The notes beneath the pieces were generated by a model. That model was not told the origin of the DNA and made no database searches. It worked only from the letters and a program-made list of their open reading frames with translations. This document shows positions 50,700 through 60,814 of a stretch of DNA of 64,000 nucleotides, piece by piece. Location of the stretch: positions 434,001 through 498,000 of the forward strand of contig JAMWBK010000013.1 in assembly GCA_029953675.1 (NCBI GenBank), read 5' to 3'. Each line of letters starts with the position of its first letter. Position 1 is the stretch's first letter. Made by a program: the position numbers and the translations under genes. Source of the stretch: Rhodosorus marinus CCMP1338 (Eukaryota; Plantae; Rhodophyta).

Positions 50700-51790
50700 C
50701 TGACCGTCTGCCCTCGTTTCTTACCCGTTTAAGTTTCTTGCGTATGAACGCTGCTTTGATGTTGGAGGCACGCGATCTTCGCTGCGCTTAGTCTTTTTTT
50801 TCTCCTCGGAGCTTTTTCTTTCAGTCTCCGATTAAACAAATTCATTCGATACCACCTGTGAAGATAGCCTTTACAGTCACGCTTCGAACTAAAACCTCTG
50901 AAGTAGTAAAATACCCTTTTTCTGGTCACTGTGATGGCACATGACTCGTCTCCAAAGAACTTTCTTCGCTTAGGATCTGTTTTAGTACTCCGTTCAGGGG
51001 GCCCCTTCCCTTCTCACTTCGCGATCATAGTGGACTTTAGGAGACAGTCTGAGCTTGCTGATTGCAGTTACGCTTCTAAACGGGACTGTAATACCACAAA
51101 CCAAAAACAATTCCGACGAGTTAGAAAAACCCCCAGTTAATGCCTGGCTACCGGTCAATGACAAACAGCACACGGTTCATCTCCACAGAGCCGTTTTCGT
51201 TTAGAATTTAGTTCACTTCCCCGTGGGCTCGACATGGCTATCCACCGAAAAACCACCCTCTCTCCTTGTGAAGAAAGAGGAATGTGTTTATTCGGAGACT
51301 GAACAACGAACTGAGGGGAAGAATACGGGGAGAGCCCTTGCGGACTCCGTGACTTTGTGTGCATGATCCTTGTTTTTCTGTAGCGTTATCTTCCCCCAGA
51401 GTCTGTGGTTCCCGTTATAGTCACGCATCATGGATTCTGTGCGGTCACGCATCATAGAGTCTGTACAGTGACATTTCACGGATTGTTACTATCACTCATG
51501 GATTCTGTTGGTTCCCGATCACCTCGCGAAATGCTCCGTGAGCGCCCCCGCTCTCCTCGCCATTTACGAGTTCGAGTTTCACGTTGTGGGGTATGAATGA
51601 ATGGGTTTTATCGGAGACTGACAAAAAAAAAAAATGAGGGGAAAAAATAGACTAGGGCGGCGAAGATCGCGCGCCTCCAACATCAAGCATCGTTCATACG
51701 CACAGCCACAAACTTAAACGGGTAAACAACGAGGACAGACGGTCAGGGGGTTCGCGGAACAATTCCCGAAGCCAACGGGAGAAGCCTCTG
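50700..51790. mobile_element. Older diverged family 1 3'-end fragments (+ at about 50700-50845, + at about 51497-51575, - at about 51595-51790)
   Basis: Recognisable ..gctgctttgatgttggaggc.cgcgatcttcgc.gc.cttagtc..cagtctccgat.aaac..attc ends with more substitutions. Confidence 0.75.
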
Positions 51791-51799
51791 CCTGTCGCA

Positions 51800-53450
51800 G
51801 TCTACCAGAATGAGACAGGCAGAGGCTTCTGAACGTCGCGTGGCCGACATCGTGGTCACCTGTGACGATAGCCGCCGTACGACGTACGTTGATCTTGCTG
51901 TTCCTAATCCTAAGGCTGGTCGCTACTTGCCTGCTGCGGGAGAGCGCCGTGGATTTGCCGCTACTAATATGAGTCAAGCTGGTGGCTTCGCACCTGTGGT
52001 TAACCACTCCGCCTTCGTCGCCGGGTCACCGTCTCGATGCCTTCCAATTCCGCTCTGCCGCACGAATCTACTTAGGTTTGCCACAAGCCCCGTGGCACTC
52101 TAATCGGCCGTCTTTCTGTCAGGGATGTGAGAGCCGGATTGACGCTTGTGGCTACCACTTCTTGGGTTCATGCGGATTGTTGCGAGGTCTACGAACGAGG
52201 CGCCACACTCGTCTCAAGTACATCCTAAGCGAATGTTTAACTCGGGTAGGGCATACGGTTGAGGTGGAATCGGAACTACCCAGATCAGTCTCGGACACGG
52301 CGCCGGCCCGCTGTATCGCAGATCTTCTTGTATCAGACCCTGCCGCCCGACGCTCAGCATATGTTGACCTCGCGATTACATGCCTTGTGGCGAGCGCCCA
52401 CCTCACGGCCCCCGCCCGCCGCCGAGGGGCAGCCGCTTCGGCTCTTCGACGAGTGAAGGAACGACGGTATGCTGCGAGCATGGCCAGTCTGCCCTACGCC
52501 GAGGGTCGCTCCCACCAGTTCCGGCCTTTCATTGTGGAAAGCTTTGGTCATGTGGATAATTCGAGTTTAGAGTGGTTGTGGAAATGTTTCGCTGAGCATC
52601 CTACTGAGTACTTGGCGCTTTTACGGCGTTTGAGTGCACCCTGCGGCGATATTCTAGCAGCATGCTTGCCGAGGCGCGCCATCGGCACCTGGGTTTGCAC
52701 GCTTCTCTCCCTAGTTCTTAGTTCCTTTTCACGCCTTGCGTAGCGCTTCACGCTATGCTAGTAAAGCCCTGTGGCCAGCGCCCACCTCACCGCAGCCGCC
52801 CGCCGCCGGGGGGCCGCGGCTTCAGCCCTTCGAAGAGTTAAGGAACGACGGTATGCTGAGAGCATGGCCAGTCTGCCTTGCGCTGAGGGTCGCTCTCACC
52901 GGTTCCAGCCATTCATTGTGGAAAGCTTTGGTCACGTCGATAAGTCGGGTTTAGAGTGGTTGCGGAAATGTTTTGCTGAGCATCCTACTGAATATTTGGC
53001 GCTCTTGAGGCGTTTAAGTGTCTCCCTATGGCGATATTCCAGCGACATGCTTTCCGAGGCGCGCCATCGGCGCCTGGGGTTGCATGCTTCCCTCCCTAGT
53101 TATTAGTTCATCTTCACGCCTTGCGTAGCGCTTCAGGCTATGCTAGTAAAGTCCAGTAAAGCCCTAGTAAAGTCCAGTAAAGCCCAATATGAGACGCCCT
53201 AAAGAGTTGAAAATATGTAGGGGCCTTGTCTTCCCCAGGCATTCGTGCTTCGGCTCTAGCTCATGGCCTGGTACCTCTGGTCATTGAGTGCTTTGGGTTT
53301 ATGGATTCCGTTGGTTCTCGTTGGCTTAGGGAATTGTTACGCGAACGCCCTGACCGTCTGTCCTCGATTACCCGTTTTAAGTTTCTTGCTGTGGCGTATG
53401 AACGCTGCTTTGATGTTGGAGGCGCGCGACCTTCGCCGCTCTTAGCCTTG
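51800..53450 (+). mobile_element. Diverged family 1 (1b) RLE fragment split by a family 2 insertion
   Basis: Left part 51800-51973 (ERRVADIVVTCDD..GFAATNM) resumes at 53186 (NMRRPKE..ALSSPGIRASALAH..LEARDLRRS). Confidence 0.85.
51974..53185 (+). mobile_element. Family 2 insertion (tandem dimer: 51974-52757 plus 52758-53185), 8-bp TSD
   Basis: aatatgag at 51966-51973 and 53186-53193. Internal tail tagtaaagccc at about 52747-52757; terminal tail (tagtaaagtccagtaaagccc) x2. Confidence 0.92.
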
Positions 53451-53647
53451 GTTTTCCCAGCTTTTTTTTTTTTTTTCGGGTGTATGTGGTAGAGGAGATT
53501 GTGAACAATAAACGCGGTCTTTTTTTGCAACATTGGTGCCGCCGCCAGGTGTTAGAAAATTGTATATAGTTTTGAAGGTGTCCGTTGTCACCTTTGAAGC
53601 CGTTTCCCGGCCTTTGTTTTCTTGTGTGGCTGCCTCAAGAGATTGAT

Positions 53648-53715
53648 CTTCGCCGCGCTTAGTCTTTTTTTCCCCTCGGGTTTTTTTTTTCAGCCTCCGA
53701 TTAAACCATTCGTTC
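53648..53715 (+). mobile_element. 68-bp family 1 3'-end insertion, 12-bp TSD
   Basis: caagagattgat at 53636-53647 and 53716-53727 flanks the stop codon, 3' UTR and tail. Confidence 0.88.
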
Positions 53716-54301
53716 CAAGAGATTGATTGAATCTAGGTAGAACTCAGCCAAACCATTATACCAATTCATTCGTTTGCCCGCGCCGCTCCGGCTGCGTTTC
53801 GGTTTTTACCTAAGTTCTTTTGTCATGGGGCAACCACCACCTAAGTGCTTGCTTGCAAATTTCATGTTCAACTCTTCCACTAGAGCTTACAGTTTCGAGT
53901 AAGCTATGAATGAATTTAGTAAGTTTTAGAGTGTATGGTTTTTGTTTGATAATTAAACAAAAAATGCCTATGAATAGAAATATTTTAAGCGGTCCCGCAT
54001 TTTCTCAACTAAGCATATCATTGTATAACGTCCCTATGTTTTGCGTAGAATCTCGTGTGGCAAGCTTTTAACATGAATTTATTTAGTCTGAGCCTGAAAG
54101 AAAAATCCCCGAGGGGGCAAAAACAGACTAAGTGCGGCGAAGATCACGAACGAATGGTTTAATATCAAGAGCCGCGACATCGTCAAGGCAGCGTTTACGG
54201 CACATCAGCTTTTAACAAGAGCCGTTGGGGGATGGTTAGTATTCCACAGCCAACCCCCCCCCCCCCAAACGGTTTTTCACAATGCTCGAATTTATTGATT
54301 T

Positions 54302-54310
54302 ACCATTCGT
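54302..54310 (+). mobile_element. Putative 9-bp family 1 tail-only insertion, 16-bp TSD
   Basis: tcgaatttattgattt (54286-54301) + accattcgt + tcgaatttattgattt (54311-54326). Confidence 0.65.
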
Positions 54311-54641
54311 TCGAATTTATTGATTTTAGGTAGGAGTCGAAAACGATGAGAACATAGGTGGTAGGTCATTTCTGACCAACATTTTCTCTATCAAAAAAAA
54401 TCAAATTTACATGATTGGTAGGAGTCTCTGTGGTCGAGCAGCGTAGATTATTTCTCTCCAACGGTTTTTCTCAAAAATACTGGAGTTTATTGATTCTGTG
54501 TTTTGGTGCGGTCTCTGTTTGGTTGATAAATTTAGGCACCAGTGCGACAGTATAGTGCGGCCTATGTTTGATTGATAAATTTAGGACACTTGCCATTTGC
54601 CAAGGAAGAATGATTTTATGACAAAGATGCCACCCCTTCTG

Positions 54642-54661
54642 AATGAATGGTTTAACCATGG
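54642..54661 (-). mobile_element. Putative 20-bp family 1 tail-only insertion, 8-bp TSD
   Basis: cccttctg at 54634-54641 and 54662-54669 flanks the reverse complement of ccatggttaaaccattcatt. Confidence 0.65.
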
Positions 54662-54995
54662 CCCTTCTGGCGCCTCAGCGGAGAGGTTAGAATGGAAAGT
54701 TCGTTTTGAAGAACTTTGCTTCGTAACTTCTCTCTGATTTTATCCACTTCGATGTCGTATTGGAACGAACGAATGTTCGATGGATATGAAAATCAGATCT
54801 TCCATGTTATATAAGTAGGGAGTTCCGAATTACTCCAATGTGATCTCTGTGATGGAAGGCAGGCTTTGCAATGGATCGTAGCTAGTTGGTGAGCTGCGTT
54901 TGGTAGATGCACTTGGAGAACACAGGTAACAAGCAACAGACGAAAAGTGCCGCAGAAAGACGTGAGTACCCTTGACTGGCAAAGACGACGACGAA

Positions 54996-56936
54996 ATGCC
55001 TTTGAGTTCACGTGTGATGGGCGTGCTCCTATTGAGCACGGCTCTCGTATGCAGAACGACCAACGCGTGCTCGGCAGATCAGCTTTGTGCTGAAGAGCTA
55101 CCAATTGAGTATGGCGTGACGGCAACGATTATGGGACCGTACGACTTGATTGCTTCCAATCCGAACGGGGATGGATCGACAGTTCTAGTAGGGACCGTCG
55201 ACGTTAGGGCCCAAAGTACGCGGGTTAGGGTCAGGGTTCGGATGAACTCGGGCTACGCGGGGAGTTCTGTGGAAGCAGGTGTATACACGAGTGTTGAAGA
55301 TCTAGAGAGCTGCGGAAAGAGTACCAACTACAAATCGAGATCTTTCAGGAATCCAAATGTTAGGACGGTTAGCTTCCGGTACGACAGACATCTCAGGAGT
55401 CCATTAGGAGACTGCTGCGGTGATCTTTTCTACTTCGCTTCGGTCAGCTTTACATTCGGATCTGCAGCGGGTACAGCTACTATTAGGAGTGAAGGGAACA
55501 GCTTTTGCAGCGAGTCGTCGGCTATGGGCTTTGCCTATTGCCAGTATCCTTTGGCATGCATATCGACCACGCCCCCCACGGCTTCACCGAGGCCCACACC
55601 TAACCAGATAACGAAGACGAAGACGGGACAGTTCGTCTACGCATCCTGTCAGAGTTGTACCGCCGATGCGATGGCGGACCCTCTGGTCGGAACGTGCGTT
55701 GGATCCATGACTGCGACAACGGACCCAGAAAACGGAGTCTTAACAGTTGATATTGATCTTGGCGACAATGTTGTCGCTTACAGATGGGCACAGATCGACA
55801 GGTTTAATTTCGTCTTCGCACAAAACTACAACCTTATCGGCTTGACTAGGTTGAATAGCAATGACAACCTTGTGGACGATGTCACTTGGCGTGACTATGT
55901 CCTGGATGACACGATACCACTAGACTACCTAGACCCCGATCCTAGACTTTTCCAGAGCAGGATCAGTCGGGAGTTTGACATATCTGGCACTTGCAACGGT
56001 CCGACTCTGCTTGTTTCATTGCTGGTAGAGAACAGTAATGGGAACTTATACGAGTTGGCGCTGGCCGAGTCTGACCACTGCGAGATATCATTTGCTTATG
56101 AGGTCGAGGACGGAAAGCTCTTGGGGATATCAAGACTTCCTATCGATACCGACGACTACTGTGCGGATAACACGAAATCGAGGACTCTATATACAGTTTC
56201 GACCATCGCCAACTATCGGCCGGTAAACACGCCTCTTCTTGTCCCTACAACAGCGACCCCGACGCCTGACTTGGACGCAGCTGGGCCCATAAATACAGTG
56301 GGTTACGTGATTGTCAACTGTTTCCAGTACGATGCAGATGGCTTCACTAGGAACTCAAACTGCGACGATTTGACTCCAATCGGGACTTGCTTCCCCGTCA
56401 CCATCCAGGAGATGCCGGAGTTGGGTAGTCCGTACAGCGAAGACCAAGCACGCTACGAGATCGGTGTGGACTTTACCCAAAGCCAGGGCCCAGATTTCCA
56501 AATTGCGTTCGCTGACGTTCGTCGAGGCAGACAACCGCGTTGGCTGATTGGATACGACTTCGAGTTTGAGGACGAGAATAATGTGACTGTGGAAGGGTCG
56601 TTTTCTGGTTTTCGGGGTTTAGAGCCATACCTGACTTCGAGGCTCACCAATTACGTTCAGCGTCGCTTTACCGATGAGGATTGTAAGATCAATCACGACC
56701 CCGTCCCTTGTTCAAACATAAGATGCACGAGAGCGTCCTTCAGCACACATATCAATCAAATCATAGCCATCCAGAAGACTGATTCGTCCAGCGTCGACTA
56801 TTACGGGCTTAGGATTGTGCAGGACTGTGGCCAAATCCCGGCGAATGTTAACGATATTCCGGAGGTTTTCTCAACCCCTCTCGATGACAACTTCTGCACA
56901 AATCAACTTCCTAACCCGCCAACCAACCGCCGCTAA
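54996..56936 (+). CDS. Intronless secreted Cys-containing protein with three divergent beta-rich modules separated by Pro/Thr linkers; function unknown
   Basis: 654-codon open frame (ATG 54996 or 55017), hydrophobic leader MGVLLLSTALVC, linkers TTPPTASPRPTP and PTTATPTP, paired cysteines. Confidence 0.8.
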   Translation: MPLSSRVMGVLLLSTALVCRTTNACSADQLCAEELPIEYGVTATIMGPYDLIASNPNGDGSTVLVGTVDVRAQSTRVRVRVRMNSGYAGSSVEAGVYTSVEDLESCGKSTNYKSRSFRNPNVRTVSFRYDRHLRSPLGDCCGDLFYFASVSFTFGSAAGTATIRSEGNSFCSESSAMGFAYCQYPLACISTTPPTASPRPTPNQITKTKTGQFVYASCQSCTADAMADPLVGTCVGSMTATTDPENGVLTVDIDLGDNVVAYRWAQIDRFNFVFAQNYNLIGLTRLNSNDNLVDDVTWRDYVLDDTIPLDYLDPDPRLFQSRISREFDISGTCNGPTLLVSLLVENSNGNLYELALAESDHCEISFAYEVEDGKLLGISRLPIDTDDYCADNTKSRTLYTVSTIANYRPVNTPLLVPTTATPTPDLDAAGPINTVGYVIVNCFQYDADGFTRNSNCDDLTPIGTCFPVTIQEMPELGSPYSEDQARYEIGVDFTQSQGPDFQIAFADVRRGRQPRWLIGYDFEFEDENNVTVEGSFSGFRGLEPYLTSRLTNYVQRRFTDEDCKINHDPVPCSNIRCTRASFSTHINQIIAIQKTDSSSVDYYGLRIVQDCGQIPANVNDIPEVFSTPLDDNFCTNQLPNPPTNRR

Positions 56937-57299
56937 TTGGACTGTATGGACTAGACCTGCAAATCCACTTGCATCAACCAGACGCGGCATAGCAAGCGGT
57001 GGTAGCAGATGGAAGTTTTGCTCAGAACTGTGTAGTTTGGTTGCACGCGTTTTATTCTCGTATCTCGTTTTCTTTTCGCATTGTGCCCTACGGAAACCTT
57101 AAGGCTATGCTAGTAAAAACCAGTGAATCTACATTTATGCGTTCAGTGCAGCCCACAATTGTAATGTTCAGCAACTACAACAGCAAAGAAAACAACGAGT
57201 CTAATTTCAGTCAGCGTCACGTTCGGACGTCTCGGACCCCTTCCACACGCCCGACGACTACACGCCACCGAACTTGCTCCATTTCCCAACGCTCGTCTG

Positions 57300-58575
57300 G
57301 TAGTGCTCGCCTGCAGCGATCGCCTCCTGGGCTACCGCGCTTCGTACCTTGGTGAGCTTTCGGATGCGAAGTGCCTACCTTTTAGCTCGAGCGCTGACTA
57401 GAGAAGACCCCGTGGCTCTTCCGCCCCCACTCTTGAGTATCTATGATGGTCTTCAACAGGCGTTCAGTAGGTGCAACGCCGTGCCGGACGAGCATTGATC
57501 CAGTTTTCGCAGCATCGATCCAGTTTTCGCTCGCTCTTGAAGCTGTTATGGGGACGTACTGAGCCATTTTTGAGTGCTCTCCGATGCACAGAGTCCTCGC
57601 AGAGGAGGGGGAAACCAACCCCAGGTCACGTGTTCCAGATCACCCGGGTATAAGCCGATTGTGGAGCTCACACACTGATGTGATTCAGCATAGCCTCACG
57701 TGGCGCCAACACAGTGCAGCTCACGCAATCTTGCTCAACTCTCCCCTCGCACCGCCTACCACCGCCGCTCGCCTCCGCGGCCTGGGATACCATCTATCGC
57801 ACGTGTGGCTAACCGCTTTGCCTTCGTCTCTGGGACACCGTCTCGACGCCTTCCAGTTCCGCTCTGCCGCAAAGATCTACCTGGATTTGCCACAAGCTCC
57901 GTGGCACTCTAATCGGCCGTCTTTCTGTCAGGTATGTGAGCGTCGGATTGACGCTTGTGGTTACCGATTCTTAGGTTCATGAGGACTGTTGAGAGGTCTT
58001 CGTAGGAGGCGCCACACTCGCCTCAAGTACATTCTCAGCGAATCTTTGACTCGGTTAGGGCATACGGTTGAGGTGGAATCGGAAATGCCCAGATCGGTCT
58101 CGGACACGGCACCGCCTCGCTGCATCGCAGATCTCCTCGTCCCCGACACTGTCGCCAGACGCTCGGTATATGTGGACCTTGCCATCACATGCCCTGTGAT
58201 CAAGCGCTCATCTCAGCTATGCCGCCCGTCGCCGAGGAGCAGCCGCTTCGGCCCTTCGCCGAGTGAAGGAACGACGGTGTGCTGCGAGTATGGCCAGTCT
58301 GCCTTGCGCTGAGGGTCGTTCTCACAGGTTTCAGCCTTCCGTTGTGAAAACCTTCGGCCACGTGGATAAAGCGGGTTTGGAGTGGTTGCGGAAATGTTTT
58401 GCTGAGCATCCTATGGAATACTTGGAACTCTTACGCCGTTTCATTGTCGCCCTGTGGCGATATTCTAGCAGCATGCTTGCCGAGGCGCGCCACCGGCGCG
58501 TAGGTTTGCATGTTTTCCTCTCCCGAGTTCTTGGTTACAGTCCACGAATTGCGGAGCGCTTCAGGCTATGTCAGT
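57300..58575 (+). mobile_element. CRE-like family 2, longer degenerate copy including the post-RT linker
   Basis: PAAIASWATALRTL (homologous to family 1 PAAAVGAWGTALPTL), then the same finger/RLE region with stops and frameshifts. Tail cttcaggctatgtcagtagaaacc. Confidence 0.85.
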
Positions 58576-58605
58576 AGAAACCGGTGTTAGCAGATGTGCT
58601 ATAAA

Positions 58606-58727
58606 TAGGGTTGTGCCAAGTGGCCGGGTTTTTCGCTGTTTACGACCCAGAATTGGTTAAACCCGTGGAAACACGGGGGTTTAGAGGAGTAAACAGCGAA
58701 AAACCCGACCCACTTTGCACAACCCTA
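58606..58727. mobile_element. 122-bp MITE with about 38-bp TIRs starting TAGGGTTG (hAT-like)
   Basis: tagggttgtgccaagtggccgggtttttcgctgtttac ... gtaaacagcgaaaaacccgacccactttgcacaacccta. Flanks ctataaa / ctattaaa resemble an 8-bp TSD with one deletion. Confidence 0.85.
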
Positions 58728-59319
58728 CTATTAAATGTTCCCAGATTACGACTGATCTGCACATATCGAATGCTCTCCTGAAGCTCCAAGTCAATGCCTT
58801 CCAGGTTCAGACGGGTCTGGTAAAAGTCCAAATCTGGGACTCGCACAAGTTCTTAGCTACAGTCCACGCCTTGCGTAGAGCTTCAGGCTATGCTAATAAA
58901 AACCACTCTGGGGTCAATTCGGACCCCGAAATTGAGCGGTAAGTTTCGGCAAAGTAGGTGTTTTGTGCCTCTTTCTTATGTCTCTTGTTGCTTTGTCTTA
59001 GAGTCTCCCTCACTAGTATGTCAATACCTTGGCTTTTATAAGCATCAAACTTGGTTAACCCCAATGCTTCTAAGTAACTTCATGGTCTACACGTGTTTGT
59101 CTCGATTCAACGCTTTGGTTTCTATTCTAGAGCCTGCACGCTCATTGTCTCCATCAACATGTTTCAGGGCCATGTGCTGGGATGGCAACTGTATCAGCAA
59201 CTCTAACAAAGTCTTCATGGTGGAGGGAGTCGCTTCGATTGTACACGTTTGCTGCACTCCTCCCCGAAGCGACGCCATTTGCTTAGGATTCTCAGCTTGG
59301 CTCTGTGTCTGTTGAACTT

Positions 59320-59464
59320 CGTCGTTTCTCGCCTTGGTGAGTACATCCGCGATTTGCTCCTGGGTTCGGATGAATAGGAACTCGTAGCTTCCTAGGTCGT
59401 GATGCCGTCGTGCAAATTGGTACTGAAGATCAATATGCTTAAACAGTGGCTTTTCCGGGTCCAT
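59320..59464 (-). mobile_element. Ty1/copia RNase H C-terminal remnant
   Basis: KHIDLQYQFARR..G..EFLFIRTQEQIADVLTK matches the copia KHIdxryhfxRe..QxADxlTK motif. Confidence 0.85.
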
Positions 59465-59776
59465 GCTCCAGGTGAGATTACGTTAGTCTGGGGTTTAGTA
59501 AAGCGTTCACGGTTACGTTAGTCTGGGTTTGGTTTAGTAGTAGAAATAGTGATGCACTACATAAGGCAGCTGCCCAGTAAAGTTTGCGGTTGCGTTAGTC
59601 TGGGGTGATCGTGTGATGCGCTACATTAGGTAGTTGCCCAATAATGGCTACGGGGTAGGTAGCAGCCGAATAAAGGCTACGGGGTGAACTAAAAATGGAG
59701 CTGAGCCCATGGATGCACGCTCCTGTGGAATTTCACGGACCTGAAAATAGAATCCAAGTCCTCCCCATTGACAGGG

Positions 59777-60005
59777 CTTTACTGGGCTTTACTAGCATAG
59801 CCTGAAGCGCTACGCAAGGCGTGAAAAAGAACTAAGAACTAGGGAGGGAAGCATGCAAACCCAGGCGCCGATACCGTGCCTCAGCAAGTATACTGCTAGA
59901 GTATCGCCACAGGGCGGCACTCAAACGCCGTAAAAGCGCCAAGTACTCAGGAGGATGCTCAGCGAAACATTTCCGCAACCACTCTAAACCCGACTTATCC
60001 ACATG
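59777..60005 (-). mobile_element. Family 2 3' fragment (229 bp), 14-bp TSD with one mismatch
   Basis: ccccattgacaggg 59763-59776 and ccccatcgacaggg 60006-60019. Tail tagtaaagcccagtaaagccc. Confidence 0.88.
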
Positions 60006-60254
60006 CCCCATCGACAGGGGAGTCGTATTTATTGCTCAAATGCTCGAGCCTCTCGTTCGCTAATGTCTTGGTGTTGTCGTAGCCCTCCACACGGGCCTTC
60101 CAGATCCGAGAGCGTAACCCCAGACTAATGTAACCCCAGCGGCACATTGACTAACACCTCTGCTCAAGCTTTTCCTCCAAGCCCGTCCGGAACAGGTAGG
60201 TCTCATAGACTATGTATAGTACTGCAAATTGTAATTTAATAATTAGCCATAATA

Positions 60255-60701
60255 GCCGACCTGGTGATCACCTGTGACGACAGCCGCCGTACCACATACG
60301 TTGATCTTGCTGTTCCCAACCCTCAAGCTAGTCGTTATCTCCCGGCTGCGGGGGAGCGCCGTGGATCTGCCGCCGCCAGCATGAGACGCCGCAAAGAGAT
60401 CAAATACGCGGGGGCTTTGTCTTCCCCTGGTGTTCGTGCTTCGGCACTAGCACATCGCTTGGTACCCCTGATCATTGAGTGCTTTGGGTTCATGGACTCT
60501 GTTGGTTCTCGCTGGCTTCGGGAGTTGTTCCGCGAACGCCCTGACCGTCTTCAATCGTTGTTTACCCGCTTAAGTTTCCTGCTGTGGCGCATGAATGCCG
60601 CTTTGATGTTGGAGGCGCGAGTACTTCGCCGCGCTTAGTCTTTTTTTCCCCTCGGGGTTTTTTTTTTTTTCAGCCTCCGATTAAACCATTCATTCATTCA
60701 A
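60255..60701 (+). mobile_element. Family 1 3' fragment (447 bp), 11-bp TSD
   Basis: tagccataata at 60244-60254 and 60702-60712. Near-identical to the adjacent minus-strand copy; tail ccattcattcattca. Confidence 0.93.
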
Positions 60702-60814
60702 TAGCCATAATAAGCCAATTTAATAATTAATTACTACGATAGGGCGATGATTTTTCTTCATAATACGAATGTGCTTCAAAATATCCTATTTTATAAACAA
60801 AACAAGCACTAGCA

